A stretch of 64,000 bases of DNA from the NCBI RefSeq assembly GCF_036321535.1, contig NC_087447.1, positions 51,338,001-51,402,000 on the forward strand, read 5' to 3'. Each line of letters starts with the position of its first letter. Within the stretch, counting starts at the first letter, position 1. The stretch is from Camelus dromedarius (taxonomy: Eukaryota). Made by a program: the position numbers and the translations under genes. This document shows positions 50,581-64,000 of the stretch, piece by piece. The notes beneath the pieces are model-generated. The model was not told the DNA's origin, did no database searches, and worked only from the letters and a program-made list of their open reading frames with translations.

Positions 50581-53500
50581 AAGAAGAAAGATTGTAAAAT
50601 AAAATTTACAAGTACTTTTATTTTGGAAACCAGTACGTAAGCACATCCAGATTATTAGAAGTAGCTGTGTCACAGAGAGGACAGTCATCCTAAAGACTGT
50701 TTCCTAACCTTCTCTTCCCTTCTGAGATGCCTTTTCTGGTTGTGGGTCCCTGCCTTTCATCCTTGCCTCTTTGGCACTGTCCTGATTCTGCCTGTAGTAT
50801 CTCTCAGTAAATTCCAGCACAGCCTCCTTGATCAGTCTGAATCTGAAGCCAGCGTTTTGATTTCCTAGAATTGAATTAGCTTGCTTCTCTTTGATGTTGG
50901 TAAGCCCTAGTTACCCTCAAAATTCATCCTTACTTTTTTTTTTTTTAAAGCTAGACTTAAAATACAAAAAATCAACTTTCATTGTTCAAACTAGAGACAG
51001 CACATATTCTAATCAGGTTCTATCCTTGTTGGTAAGTCTTTTCTCTAATTTTTGGGCTCCAAATGTTAAAAGTAAGAGTTATCTGGTTGCATGAGTTTAT
51101 GCTGCAATTACTGGTATCCCACCAGCAAGCAATAATGCCAAAGAGAAAAGAAAATGGACATTTCAACAGAAAAACACGAAACAAGTGCGGAGAAAAGGGA
51201 GGACCATTTCCCCTATTGTAAGTTTCAGTTTTCTGTAACAGTTGTTCTTAATGATGGAGTTCAAGTATGCTGCCAAGAAGCCTGCTAGTTTCCTAGAGTT
51301 TCTCCTAGGAACGTCTGACATTTCAGTGAGAATTTTCAAATATAGTTTAACATGGCTATGATGTATTTATTTGAAAGACTGGTGGGCAAGTAAGAAATAA
51401 TTGGGAGGCAGATTGAATGGGAGACAGGATGATACTTGTCTTCCATGATAGGGAGAACTTTATATAGAGAGTATAAAGGGATGGAGATCAGAGAAAAATC
51501 ACTAGATGGGAAGACCCAAAGGAGGCAGCAGGAAAGGGCCAGATCAAGGACATAGGCAGAGCGGATGTGGCAAAAACAGAGTCATGTCTCTTCCTTGGAG
51601 GCTGGAGAGAAGAACAGATGCTTGAGTGTGAATAAAGTGACTCTGAAATGAGCAATAGGAACAATAAGGTAGCGATAGGTGGCCTACACCATGAACTAGT
51701 AAGTTCCTAGTTAACTTTGCTTTTGGGATATGACTTTATGTGCAAAACTAATGTTGCAAACATCAAGTCACATTTCCTTAGTGTTCTTCCTCTTTTTCAT
51801 TTTAGACTTTTAGGATCATAAAGAGCTCATGCAAAGTGATTAAAGAATCCCAATGACACAAGCATTCATCTCACCCAACATTTAATTTAGTTTCAGTAGA
51901 GTATTTTCATTACTTTTTATAATTCTATCACTACTAAATGATCACAGTATAGTGAACCAATTGGCAGTTTTTGAAAGAAAGTAACTATTTTACATCCTCT
52001 GGTCTCAATCTGAAAGGGATGTGGGCTGACAGTCATGTTCTGGACCCCACTCGCAGCTCCAGAAAAGCCTCCTTTGAACTCTCTCAAGGCTGCCATAGCA
52101 CTGTCACCCTTAGCTTCTAAAACAGCATCTCACCTCCCTTTGACCAATTCTGTTTAAGTGAACATTTCAAATAAATCACTAAGAAGCATTGTAGCTGGTC
52201 ATTTCTTGCCAGCATGGATCAGTTTTCACTCCATTAAGTGAAATTCTGATCACCAAAGTTCTTTACCTAAGTGGTTTATTGATATTTTAAATCAGAATTG
52301 CATATAGTGATGAACTAGTTTGTTGGGGAAAAAAATGACTTCTCGATGAATCCTACTGTATTCCAAGAGTAAGGAAAATCTATCAAATCAACATTTGTAG
52401 ATGAGAATTATATTCAGGATTGAAAGGGCCCCTTAAAAGTCATCTGGTCTCACCCCTTTTTAAATTTGTTGATTATACTCCTGCCAAATGGCAGTTCCAT
52501 CTACACCCAAACATCCCCTAGTGGTGAGAATTCACACCTACGGTTATTATTAGAGAATTCTGTAAAAAAGAATTTCCATAGAATAAAAGGAAAGCTTTTG
52601 CCTTATGGCTTCTGCCCTCTGGTCTAGTTCTGTGCTCCCACAGGGTGACACAGAACAAGTCCAAGGCCTCTTTAATATGTCAATTCTCCAGAGGCCAAAG
52701 ATAGACCTCAAGAATAGCTTTCTAATATCTGTAATTCACATCCATGGCAAACAGCCTTAAAAATTATTTTTGGGGAAAGTGACGCACTTGCAAATCTACT
52801 TTCTAGGTAGTATCTATTTCTGGGGTGGTAAAAATTTTCAACTTTCATCAGCTGTCATAGAAAATTCTTAACTTTCTGTGTGCCACAGAGTTGAAAATAA
52901 ACTAAGTTTGCAAACACATCATGCTAAATACATCAGATTATTTAATTTTTTTATTATGACAATTGACATATATTACGTGAAAGAAATGACATAAGTATTA
53001 TAATAAAACATTTTGAAAGAAAAAAGTTACACAGTTAGGCCAACAGCCATAAAACAGCTTTAGGCCGGTCTTATAACACCAAGAGTTCTGATCAGACTGT
53101 AGTGAGACACTGAACATTTCATTAACAAAAATATTGGCACGAGCCACAACATATTTTGGTCATCACTCACAAGGAATATTTTATTTAAACAACTATGCAC
53201 TGCAATTCTAACACACTAGGTGTTCATACACTGCAGTTAACCCCTGAAGCTTTAAACTACCAGGAATTCCCATATTTTTTATGCACAAAATTTACTTTGT
53301 GCACTATTGGAATCACATTTCCAGTTTTCAAATCTCTTCCCCCCCCTCACACATGCGGTACATTATATGTGGCAGAGAGCATGCCAGCTTCTCCTGTTTG
53401 ACTAACATCACATTCCTTATTACCTCGAGTTTTATGCTAATCTTGGAGCTTCTGCTTTAGCTCTCATCTCCTAGAAACAAAATAAAGCATTCTGAGAACC

Positions 53501-54384
53501 TATTCCAGGAATAATTTTTTCTATGCATAGGAAAATAAAGCATTTCATATAAGCATGTATGAAAATCCAAGAGGCATTCTGATCAAACACTCCCTGGATC
53601 CCAGCCTACTATTACTGTAAAATTAAAATGAAAGTCTAACATATACCATCTACAAATTCTTACCTGGAATTTGTACTCTTTGCCTGGAAATTCGTGATTC
53701 CCAGGCTTCACCTCTGAATGGATGAGGACAGAAAGAAACTGACATCCCACATTAACTGACAATAGATAAAGGTAACTTAGGTACAAGTTATGAATTTACT
53801 TCTTTACAAGAATATACTTGTGCTACAAAGGTAAGAAATTAGAATGTAAATTATCAGATAACAGAAAGTACTGGCATTTAAACAAAGGTGTCAGTATAAC
53901 ATGGTAAAATGTGCTATGTAAAGAGACTGCTAGAACAGGCGACTCTACAAGACTGCAAAATACTTTTTATCAATTAAGAAGGGAATTGGAATTTGAATCA
54001 GAAATCCCTTCCTGCCATGCCTCCAGCAAATAATCCTGTGGAATTAAGTCTACTGAATGAAGTCTACAAGAACCAAACTGAACAATTCTAGCTTTTCCTT
54101 CTTTTATAGATTAAAAAGAAACTAAGCTTTGTCCCACCCCAGCCCCTATCCTAGCACACAACACTCCCTTCAGGGGTATACAAAACCTCCTAGCAGGTTT
54201 GGGCAAGCTACAATGCAGATCAAGAAACTACTTTGATAAGAGAACAAAAACCAGACCAATACTGAGAATACCCTAGTTAGGCATCGTGAAAATCACACTC
54301 TAAGAATATGCTGCTAACTGCCAAATTTAGGCTATTATAGCTGTTCCAAAGTCGAAAATCCATTTACACTAATTTAATTAGATC

Positions 54385-54456
54385 TGTGTGTGTATGTGTG
54401 CCTACATGTTTGTATATACGTGTTGTGTGTGTGTGTTTGTGTGTGTATGTGTGTGT
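54385..54456. repeat. Imperfect (TG)n microsatellite in the RSF1 3'UTR
   Basis: Interrupted TG runs. Confidence 0.8.
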
Positions 54457-57400
54457 AATTTTCATGCAATGATCTTAAAGCTCTGGAGACAGGGTGGTTA
54501 GCCTAATTTCAAGGCTTCTCCATATAGCAGTATTGACATGCACCAACTCTGTTAAGGGGCAGGAGAATGAAAAAGACCATGGCACAAAATTTTTAACAAT
54601 TTTAGGTTTAATTACATAATGCACCTGTAGATGTTCTAGCATAAACACAATTGTAAAAATCTACATCCTATTTTAGGGTACTTTTCCACCTCCCATCCCT
54701 TAAAAGCTGTACAGTTATAAAAAATGTGACTCTCAAGCAAAATAAACTTTTTTTTTTGCAACATACAAAATAAGTTAAATGATTCAGAAGGTCTTGAGCC
54801 ATTAAGTTTCCCAATGACTGTGTTCTGGCCATCCATAAGCATAACATGCAGCTAGCTCCTGGTCTATGATCAGAACTCAATAAATACAGGTCAAACAAAC
54901 CCCAAACACTTAAATTAGATTTCTTTAGAAACTGATGAAAGTCAAGAAAATATATAGTTAGGGTTAACAATTCCATTCTTAACTTACATCATCCAGTGGC
55001 AAAATGAACAAGGCAGATCACTCAGTCCTTAGTGCATTTTCTAGCTTGTACCGGTTTGGCAAAAAACACAAATGTAGTTCCTTTAAAAATGTCTTTTCTC
55101 ATAATGTCTAAGGAGCTTAATTAATAGATTTCTACTTGTCTAATAACTTGTTATGCCCTCTCATATAACTTATGCATAGGATAGACACCTTAGTTATTAA
55201 AATAAAAATCTTTATTAACTGAAATCACTACAGTGTGCCAGAATTGGGTTTGCAGCATTTCCCAGAGCGAAATGGTATAAATATAAAATGAGAAAAAAAT
55301 TGAGCTTATGTGACCAAATTGAAAAAAATTCACTATGGAATCATATTCTAACCAATTTCTGAGAGGGTTTATATGAATAAAAAAAGCAATGTTCAGTGTA
55401 CCTTTTAGAGTAGTTACATACTGAGCACACTGCATTTTGGCTTATGACTGCTTGCTTGCTAGGGAGTGACTATCTTCAATATGTGTCACATAGTTAATTA
55501 GCAATTCTTGGCACTCAAAAATGTTAATGATAATTTAAGAGTGAAGTATTTTGAAAACAAATTATTAAGTATACACATAACACGATAACTCAGTTTAAAT
55601 ACACTGATAGCAAAGGGTCTTGTCTTTCAGGACTGGTATAAAAACAATGTAAATCAGCAGTTAGCTTGCCACTTTCAAGGTAGGTTTAAAGGTACACATA
55701 GGGTACCTTTGTGTGGATAAAATAAGAATGGATTTTATTCTAAGTTAAGTTTAATAACAGATATTAAGCAGAGGACTAGGTAGATACAGAAGGTATACAG
55801 TCTTGGCATTCTTGCTTCTTGGGAGAACCAGAAAATATATTTTTAGGATGTCAAACCAAGAAGAGGAACTTCACTATTTTTCTCTAGGCTTTCTGTAATT
55901 AAATAATGTTCATAATTTCTTATCAGTTACAATTATGTCTTTCTTTTTTATAATGTCAAATGATAATTTCAAAGGGTTCATTTTTATTTCTTCTAACATC
56001 TAAAGTATGTATATATATATTAATTTTTGTATATATACATACACATATATGTTCATTCCATCTAAAAAAAGATCAGGGTCTTTAAAAAGTTGTACTCTAT
56101 CTGTGAGGAAATGCTATGAATCAGGTACCTGCTCCACTGTGTTGGTGAAGGGCAGAGTTCATAACTTTTTCTGAATATCAAACTTGTAGCTTCATTAGGT
56201 TCCTTTCAATTGTACAGTAGAACAAACTAGTGAATGGTTAACATCTCTTGTCCCCACAAACATAAGCTAAAAAGGCATTCCTTGTAACAAAGGAAATTCC
56301 ATCAATCCCACGTAAAAATAGCTAACATTTCCACACCATTTTAAACTCTAAGTAAGTAAATGCCTGTATTTTTCTTAATATATATGTTCTTTGCCCAAAT
56401 GCATGTTACAGGATGGCTTCTATCAACTGAAAAGTAAAAATTGGAGTTTGTAATATCTTGTTAAAATTAATTTGTTTAAAAATCTTTCAATGTCTTAGAA
56501 TTTGAAGTCCTTGGTTCTTTGGTAGGTTGTTTTAAAAAATTATCAGTAGAAATAAATTTATTCTAAATGAAATTCCTATTTATTCTCGAAATCTGCAACC
56601 TTGACCAACTGGAAAAAGATATGCCGAGGAAAACCAACCTCAATATATCAACTATATTCTTGAAAATATCTCTGCCATCATTTCCTAGAAATGTGCCAAC
56701 AACAGAAAACATTTACACGAAACACTATTTCATTAGCACAAATATACAAAACCAAAATGTGTATTTTCAGTTTGAGTTCTTTTCACGTATCTTAATTCAA
56801 AGTTTCTGCTTTGTGAAAATTTGGCTAGTCTTCAAACCTTTACAGAAACTGCAAACTAAATATTTTGAGTACTAAACTACATCTCCCCTTAATACATCTG
56901 CTATAGACTGTGGTGTTGGATATTGGGAATCCAATTTGTATTTCCAAAAAGGGGATTTAAAGTATTAAAGGGCTCTGTTATATAGCAGGTACAGTGAGCC
57001 TGAATCCAAGGTGAGTGCTCTAACAGCTAGGATCTGTGTTCTGAACTCTAGATGAATCGCTGCTTTCCTATACTCTGTCCAGTTCCTAGTGACTGAATTA
57101 TGTCTTTGGATAAAGAACATTCACTTTTCCCTAATTTTTGTTCCTTTTCAACTTCTTCAAAGCATGATCAGAATTAGTATTTCAGCAAACACAAACTCTT
57201 TCAGGGACTGAATCTAAACAGCAAGCAGTAGAGCTGCTTTGGAACTGTTTTATCAGCCATAATTAATCTATCTGCATAATAATAATTTATTAAGTATCAG
57301 GTGCTTGGACTGCACTCTTTGTAGATGAAACATAGTTAACTGGTTTAATGACAATGTAAAAGAATGAGAGGGGAGACACTATCAAGTTCATACTCACAGT

Positions 57401-58829
57401 TCAAGTTTGGTAAATAACAGGCAGCAAAAGTGGTATCATAACCCATGTCAGTGGGACATTTGCTAAATGGAATATTCAGTCTTTACTGTGATAAAAATTA
57501 CCTTTTGTTCTCTATAGCGGAAGGGTAAAAAGAACTCCTTATTTCACATTAGGCATCCTGTAAAAGAAATAATCTATCGATTTAATATTTCTTGTCACTT
57601 ACTTAACTGAAGAGAAGTAATACACTGAAGCAGAAGCTGGTGTGTCCAGAGGTAGAGACAGGGTACATGGGTGTTTCTACATGGTAGTGGCTTTACCCAG
57701 TTGCAGGACTAAAATGGTAGAGGGAGACTGGGGCAGGATAGGCCACCCGCACATTCTAACCACTTACCTTGCATTATTAATAGAATCCTTCTATAGCCTG
57801 CCTGTTTTAGATACTTAGAAAGGCTAACATTCCAAATTCTTTCAAATAAATGAAAGAAACCTAGCCAGAAAGCAGGCCTGGCAAATGAATGTGGCTCCTT
57901 ACATAGCCCTGCTTACTGTCTGTGAATATAAGCCCTTCCCCTCCCTTCCAGTGGAACATTGTCTCAAAATAAAAATCACAACTTGCTTGGAACCGCATGC
58001 TATTGGTGCATCCTCTTTTTAGGCTGCTTTCATTATTTTATTTTTTTATACAGATACATATACATTGCTAGAATCAAAGCAAAAATATTAATGGGCAGGT
58101 ACTACAGAACTAAAGTGAAACAAAACAAAACAAACAAGAACCAACAGCTGAAAAACAACAGCTATAAACTTTCAAGGCAAAAGATAAGATTTAAGGGCAA
58201 CACCTGTTGAGGAAGGAAAAGAGGAGTATAAAGTTTCTGGAGAGGTATTTATAATGCAAGTCTAATGCCAGCTTTTTAATAATAAAAAAGAGAAGTGCTT
58301 TACTATACACTGACTAGCACATACAATGCTTAATTTGGAAAGGAAAATTAATGAAGTTCCTTGGGCCAGCAGCAGATATGGTGTGTCCATTGCCGGCAAC
58401 AGACACAACACTGGAACAGAAAACCCAATCCCAGGGCAAAAGTATTCACAGAAGTAACGGCTGAAGGTTTCAGAATTTGACAGGCAAGGTTTAATCACAA
58501 GTGCTACACTTTATACAATGTTATTTATGGCTCTGCCTGAAATTTTACAGCTGTAACAGAAACTAAATAAGACAAAGTTCATATTTTAGTGTCAATTACA
58601 TGTTAGATATTTAGTTAGTTACAAACCCCTTTTTCTTGAAACAAAGGGTTAATCTTCAAAGTGTTGAGATGTTTGAAATGGATGTCATGCCTATTAAGTA
58701 TATTGGTGGTTTTCAATCAACTCTATGTTGGTCATGTGACTATTAATGAATTTTAATAGAAGTCTAATGGCCAAAGGCCAAAACTACATTCAAACCCTGC
58801 TAATATATCCAGGCAGATAGGAAATTCCA

Positions 58830-58866
58830 GCACACACACATACACACACACATACACACACACACA
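58830..58866. repeat. (CA)n microsatellite in the RSF1 3'UTR
   Basis: cacacacacatacacacacacatacacacacacaca. Confidence 0.85.
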
Positions 58867-59990
58867 TGCTAAAACTCAAACTGAAAACCTCCCAAAGGAA
58901 CTGCTTTGTTTGTAGACTTCAATTTGAAGTAGATACTAAGGGCAAGAATAGACCAGTTAAAATTCACCTGAAAATCCTTTCCCCTTCTTCAAATGTGCTA
59001 AAATACCGCTGTCAGCTTCACATCCATCTCTTCACATGTTTTGTACAGATGTACTTCTTTTTAAATGGTATTTCAGATATTTAAATATTAAGTGGCCAGA
59101 AGACAAGAGTTACACTATCTGCAAAGTTTATAGTCCACCTGGGCCTTAAGAAAGACCACACTCATTTCACGAATAACTCTCCATGATAACATATTAAATA
59201 AAGGCCACCTCATCACCACTGCATAAAGCTGTTTTAAAAAATTTGTTGCTAGCACAATCTGGTTGTCAAAGCTTCATTATACATTTTACTCTACAAATGC
59301 TTTTCAGATGATTTTCTTTTTTTAAAACAAGAAACTCTGCTATAACAGAAACTTAGGTTAGAGTTTTTTATGATGGAATTTTCTTGGTCTCTTCTTTATT
59401 AAGTGTGGTTATCTCCAGTAGTAAACAAGTTGATTTCATAAATGCTGTTACTAAATGACTTATGTATGATGTTATCTACAGTTCTCAATATGCAACAATA
59501 CAGACTTGAACTTTTAAACAGTCTGTTAATCATCATCTATGCCATGAATGTTTAAATATAATATATATTTAATATGAAAAAGCTAAAGCACAAGTGCTTT
59601 CTCCCACCCCTAATTCTGTTTTGGGCCCTCACAGATTCGGAATGCATTCTTATCCACCCTTTCCACAAAGTCAGGAGAGCTCAGGAAATATAAAGTCAAA
59701 AATATACAAATCTTTGTTGTTATAATAAGATTTTTTTTTTCCCATGAATGAAATTACCAAGGACCATGAACTTGGAAAAAGAAAATCAAAAGGAATTTAC
59801 AGCAATTATTTATCTTCAAAGTTCAAAACTGGTCACTTCACAGAAAGACTTCAGGGTTTGTTGAAATTTTTCTTCTAAAAAGTCATTCTGTAGTGGAGTT
59901 TTCTAGGAAAAATAAAACAGCTTTTAATAACTGGCCCGCTGGTGTGAGAGCTACCGTGGAATAAATTAGCACAAAAATGGAAAAAAAGTC

Positions 59991-60562
59991 TTACAACTGT
60001 TCACTGTTACAGACATAATCAACAAGGTCAGTCACTCTCAAAAGCTCATCCTCCTCCTCTTCTGGTGCCCCTGCCTCCTGCCCACCGCTTGTCCCATTGG
60101 GGGCCAGGCTTGCACTGGCTGTGCTGTTGTCCTTGGGGGTCTGAGGCTTCTCAGTCGGCTTGCCAATCAAGTTCTCAATAGCTTTGCCAGGACTCTGTCC
60201 ATTGGTGGAAGGTAAGTCCACTAAGCTATAGTCCAAGGGGCTCCCCACCTTGCCTACATTTTCAAAGTCTTCTTCCTCATCACTGTCTATCCGATAGGGC
60301 TTCTTCGTGCTCTCCTGTACTGAAGGCAGGACCCTGGGCTGGCTGTCATGGGCAGGCTGATCTGCATCTCCATGAGCATTGTCACAACTCTCCTCTTCAT
60401 CTGTCTCGATCCGGTGTAGCCGTTTTCGGGATGGTTTACCTTCCTCTTCCTCCTCCTCATCTGCTTCTGAATACTCATCTGTGCTTCGACCCCGCTTTCG
60501 AACTGACCGCTTTGATTCTTTAGCTAGCTCATCATCTTCAGAGTTCTTGGACATATAGCTCT
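59991..60562 (-). CDS. RSF1: Remodeling and spacing factor 1, last coding exon
   Basis: tttattctag| acceptor, in frame with the previous exon (G|AG). Encodes ESYMSKNSEDDELAKESKR...EEEEDELLRVTDLVDYVCNSEQL*, which I recognise as the RSF1 C-terminus; synteny with CLNS1A/AQP11 agrees. Confidence 0.94.
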
Positions 60563-60849
60563 CTAGAATAAACAGCACATTTAAGCCATTGGCACAGTTA
60601 ACCACTGACAGATTTAAGTAATTCTCCTTTTCCTCCCATATTCACCCCATGTCCTGCTTTCAGACTTGCTTGTATATACATATTTTCCTTCAATGACTGG
60701 CCTGATTTCTCTCTCCTCTCAGTCCCACAACAATGCCCAATATGATTCACAGTGTACTTCACCTACGATTTTAAGAAAGAGCAGAATCTTGAATTAAATG
60801 ATTATAGGATGGTCACAAACTAAGACACTCCTTCCCTTTAGCTCTCAAA

Positions 60850-62575
60850 TTAGACAGTCGTGCAGACATACTGATAAGGAAAGATTCAAACTGGGCACCC
60901 AACTCCAGATATGTGAAATACTGCACTAACTCTCACCCCGTATTGTTAAATGACCTTGGTAGTCCTTAAATGTCTCCTCTTCTTTGTCTATACTTACATC
61001 TAGGTGATCTCACCTAGTCTCATGGTTTTGCATACCACCTGCATGCTGATGACTCTCTCATTTGTTTTAGGCAACCAATCTCTAAGTTCCAGACTCATGT
61101 ATCAAACTGTCTACTCAACATCTATGCCTGGATTTCTAAAGAGGTAACTCAACCCCAATGAGCTCCTAAACTTCCTACTGAAACCTGTGCTGTTCTGGTC
61201 TCTACCAGCTTAGCTACTGGCAACTCTCTTCTTCCAACTGCTCAGTCATCCCTGATTCCCTTCTTTCTTTCTTTTTTTAAAAAATTGTTTTAAATTTTGC
61301 TTCCCTTAACAGAGGCCCTGGGAATTGAATCCAGGACCTTGTGAATGCCAAACACATCCTCTATCACTCAGCTATACAGCCCACCCCTGTGATTCCCTTC
61401 TTTCTCACATCTAACCCGGCAGTAAATCCTTTGGGTCTACCTTCAAAATATATCCATAATTTGACTGCTTTTCACTCCTCTTCTGCTACTGCTCTAGTCT
61501 CACCATCATTGCTCACCTCGCCTATTCCAATAGCCTCCCAACTAGTCTCCTAGACTCTCTCCCTGTCCGCTTCAAGTTACTCATTACACAGCTCCCATAG
61601 CAAATAAAACATGTCAGATCATATCATTCAAAATCCTTCAAATATTTCTCATCTCACACAGAATAAAATCCAAAGTCTATTCAATGGCCTACTGCACTAC
61701 CCAATATGGTAGCTACTAATCCCGTGTGGTTATGTTAAATTTAAATTAACTAAAATTAAATAAAAATTAAAAATTCTGTTCCTGTCACACTAGCCATATT
61801 TCAAGTGCTCAACAGTCATATGCAGGTAGCCACTTTATTGAACAGCACAGATAGAGAACATTTCCATCACTGCAGAAGTTCAGCTGGACAACGCTGCTCC
61901 TCATCAGAGGCTGGACATTTCTTTTGGTAAAGGGCGGGCCCTGCAGTCTCTGTTATAACTACTCAACTCCGTGTGAAAGCAGCCCAGATAATATGTAAAA
62001 TAGTGGGTGTGGCTGTGTTCCAATAAAACTCGATTCACAAAATCCTTATTTACACAAACAGCTTGCTGACAACCGCTCTACATGACCCGGCCCTGTTGAC
62101 CTTTCCACTTCATCCTGTACTATTCTTCCCCTCACTCATTCCCCTCCAACGACCCTGGTTTCCCTTCTGTCCCCTGAACATGTCAGGCACAAACTTTCCT
62201 CAAGGCCTTCACATGTGTTGTTCCATCTGCCTGTATCCATCCTTCTTTCAGATAAATGTATGATGTACTCAACACTTTTTTTTCAGGTCTTTACTCAAAT
62301 GTTGTCTTCTTAGTAAGACATTCCTTTGGTACCCTACCTGAAATTCCAACTACTCTCTCAACCCTCCTTTCTACTTTATTTTTCTCCACAACTTTTATCT
62401 CCACCTAAAATATCAGATATTCTACTTATCATGTTTATTATCTCTCTTCCCCAAACTAAAGTAAGAGTTACATGAGGGAGTTATATGTTTTTGGCTATTT
62501 TGCTCAATGTTCTATTTCCAGTGCCTAGGACAGTGACAAGTTCAGTAAGTATTTGTTTTTAATAGGTGAATTAAC
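60850..62575 (+). mobile_element. L2 remnant with nested SINE and MER3/MER58-like MITEs (~61690-62075)
   Basis: ccagactcatgtatcaaactg; tagccatattttcaagtgctcaacag; gggtgtggctgtgttccaataaaac; ccagtgcctaggacagtg 3' end. Confidence 0.65.
61269..61389 (-). mobile_element. Diverged tRNA-derived SINE (Vic-1-related)
   Basis: Degenerate head; exact 16-bp TSD tgattcccttctttct at 61253-61268 and 61390-61405. Confidence 0.8.
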
Positions 62576-63330
62576 AAATTTATGTCTGTCTTTAATGACA
62601 CATGAAGAGAAATACAAATTCAACCAGATGCTCACCTCCCGTCTTTAGCCTCCCACATCCAAACATTTTTTTCCCCTTTCTCTCCTGGCTTGGGCTCAAA
62701 CTTAATTGACAAGGATCTATGAATGCAAATAATCTTCAAAACAGGTCATAAACAATGGAGAATTAAATATATAAAAAAGAAAGAGGGGAAGGTGAGGGTT
62801 AGAATCATTTAAAATGAAATTGGAAAGAATTCTGGAATAACTACAAAGACTAAATGAATATCACAAATTCACACTTTAGAGCTTTTCCTGCACTTCTGGT
62901 TTGGGACACAGTTAAAGCTATTAGGAAATAAAACAGTTAACCAACAGAAGCTCACTGTCAAGGTGGAGAGAGACAATAGGCACCTTTGGTATGAAACTGT
63001 TCGGCTATTCAAGGCACAGGACATTATTTCAAAATGAGGCCACCAATAACAAGAAAGTGAAAGAAATCTTGTTCAGATCACAACTTTCTGACATTATTCT
63101 AGTTTCAATGAAGAATTATTACAATGAAGACCTTAAAAATTAGTATCTTCTCAAGTATCAGTTATTTAAACTGTAATAGTGATCAGGCATAAAATAATGA
63201 GTTTTATCTCAAAGATATTATGGTTATTAAATTCCTAAGAAATGGTACAGAATCACAATCTGGAGCTCACTTTACAACTTCCACTTTTGCCTTGTCCAAA
63301 CTTCTACTCAATTGGAGAGCTAGTCCTTAC

Positions 63331-63519
63331 CTTCACTCTCTGAGCTGGAAAGCCTACGTTTGTGAACTCGTCTGATTTCTTTACCACGCCGTAAGCTCTT
63401 CTGGGAACCATCACTTTCTGAATCTTCTTTGTAGTTAATTTGTCTTTTCTGGTTCCTCCTTGACCGCCTTCGTCGAGTTTCTACAAAATCATCACTAAAA
63501 TCATCACTAAAGTCACTTT
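63331..63519 (-). CDS. RSF1: Remodeling and spacing factor 1, penultimate coding exon
   Basis: Poly-T tract and taacag| acceptor, |gtaagg donor; 189 nt; ESDFSDDFSDDFVETRRRRSRRNQKRQINYKEDSESDGSQKSLRRGKEIRRVHKRRLSSSESE. Confidence 0.93.
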
Positions 63520-64000
63520 CTGTTAAAAAAAAAAAAAAAGGGTGAGGGGAGGAAAAAGAAGTCAAGTACAAATTTTAATTCCACTAAATAGAAATGTAGT
63601 TAACCTAGATTAAAAAAATGTAAAGCTACTAAGCAGAGTTCAATCATAATAACTTTTAAGTGAATAGTAACTTTCATAAATCTTTAATTGTTCAATAATA
63701 TGAGTAAATCTGGGGCTTTAATGCCAAACCTCACAATGCATCCTGTTAGCAGTCAATCCCCAAGATTAAAAGATGTTTAACATAATCCTTTATCTCATTC
63801 AACCTAGAGCTCCCCAGTCGGCTGCATGGCTGCCACCACTGCTCTTCCTGGGAAGAGCCTCATGATAATCTGCTGTTCTGCCTCATGATAATCTGCTGCT
63901 CTATGTACGTGGCTGTTCGGTTATGGTCATCGCTTCACAATGTACCACAGAGGTTAAACTCTCTAACCACAGAAATTTGATGAACCTGTTTCAGATAAGT

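Larger units (their letters stand above)
53160..59990 (-). other. RSF1: RSF1 long 3'UTR with several candidate poly(A) signals
   Basis: AT-rich, with no interspersed repeats recognisable by eye. AATAAA on - at 59395-59400, 55211-55216 and 53180-53185. The distal end is inferred. Confidence 0.65.

Noticed and set aside
1..64000. CRISPR arrays, rRNA, snoRNA/snRNA genes, prokaryotic-type systems
   Set aside because: No repeat-spacer arrays, operons or convincing box motifs with terminal stems seen; content is ordinary mammalian euchromatin.

Overview
Mammalian genomic DNA, most likely a camelid: it carries about 10 copies of a tRNA-Ala(AGC)-derived SINE matching the Vic-1 family. The window covers the AQP11-CLNS1A-RSF1 block. 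AQP11 is complete on + (3 coding exons, 816 nt, 271 aa). CLNS1A/pICln is complete on - (6 coding exons, 714 nt, 237 aa, plus a non-coding last exon). RSF1 contributes its last two coding exons and a ~6.8 kb 3'UTR on -. The rest is introns and intergenic DNA with L1, L2, MIR, MLT1 and hAT/MER remnants; repeat subfamilies were assigned by eye. I see no evidence for a new protein-coding system. The most notable unexplained signals are: (1) a near-perfect inverted repeat (42/43 bp core) at 2602-2886 behind a strong splice-acceptor-like tract; (2) three identical TCF/LEF 11-mers in AQP11 intron 1; (3) a SINE inserted 30 nt upstream of the weak AQP11 exon 2 acceptor; (4) an apparent CCC-to-CFC change in AQP11; (5) a strong CTCF motif in CLNS1A intron 5.
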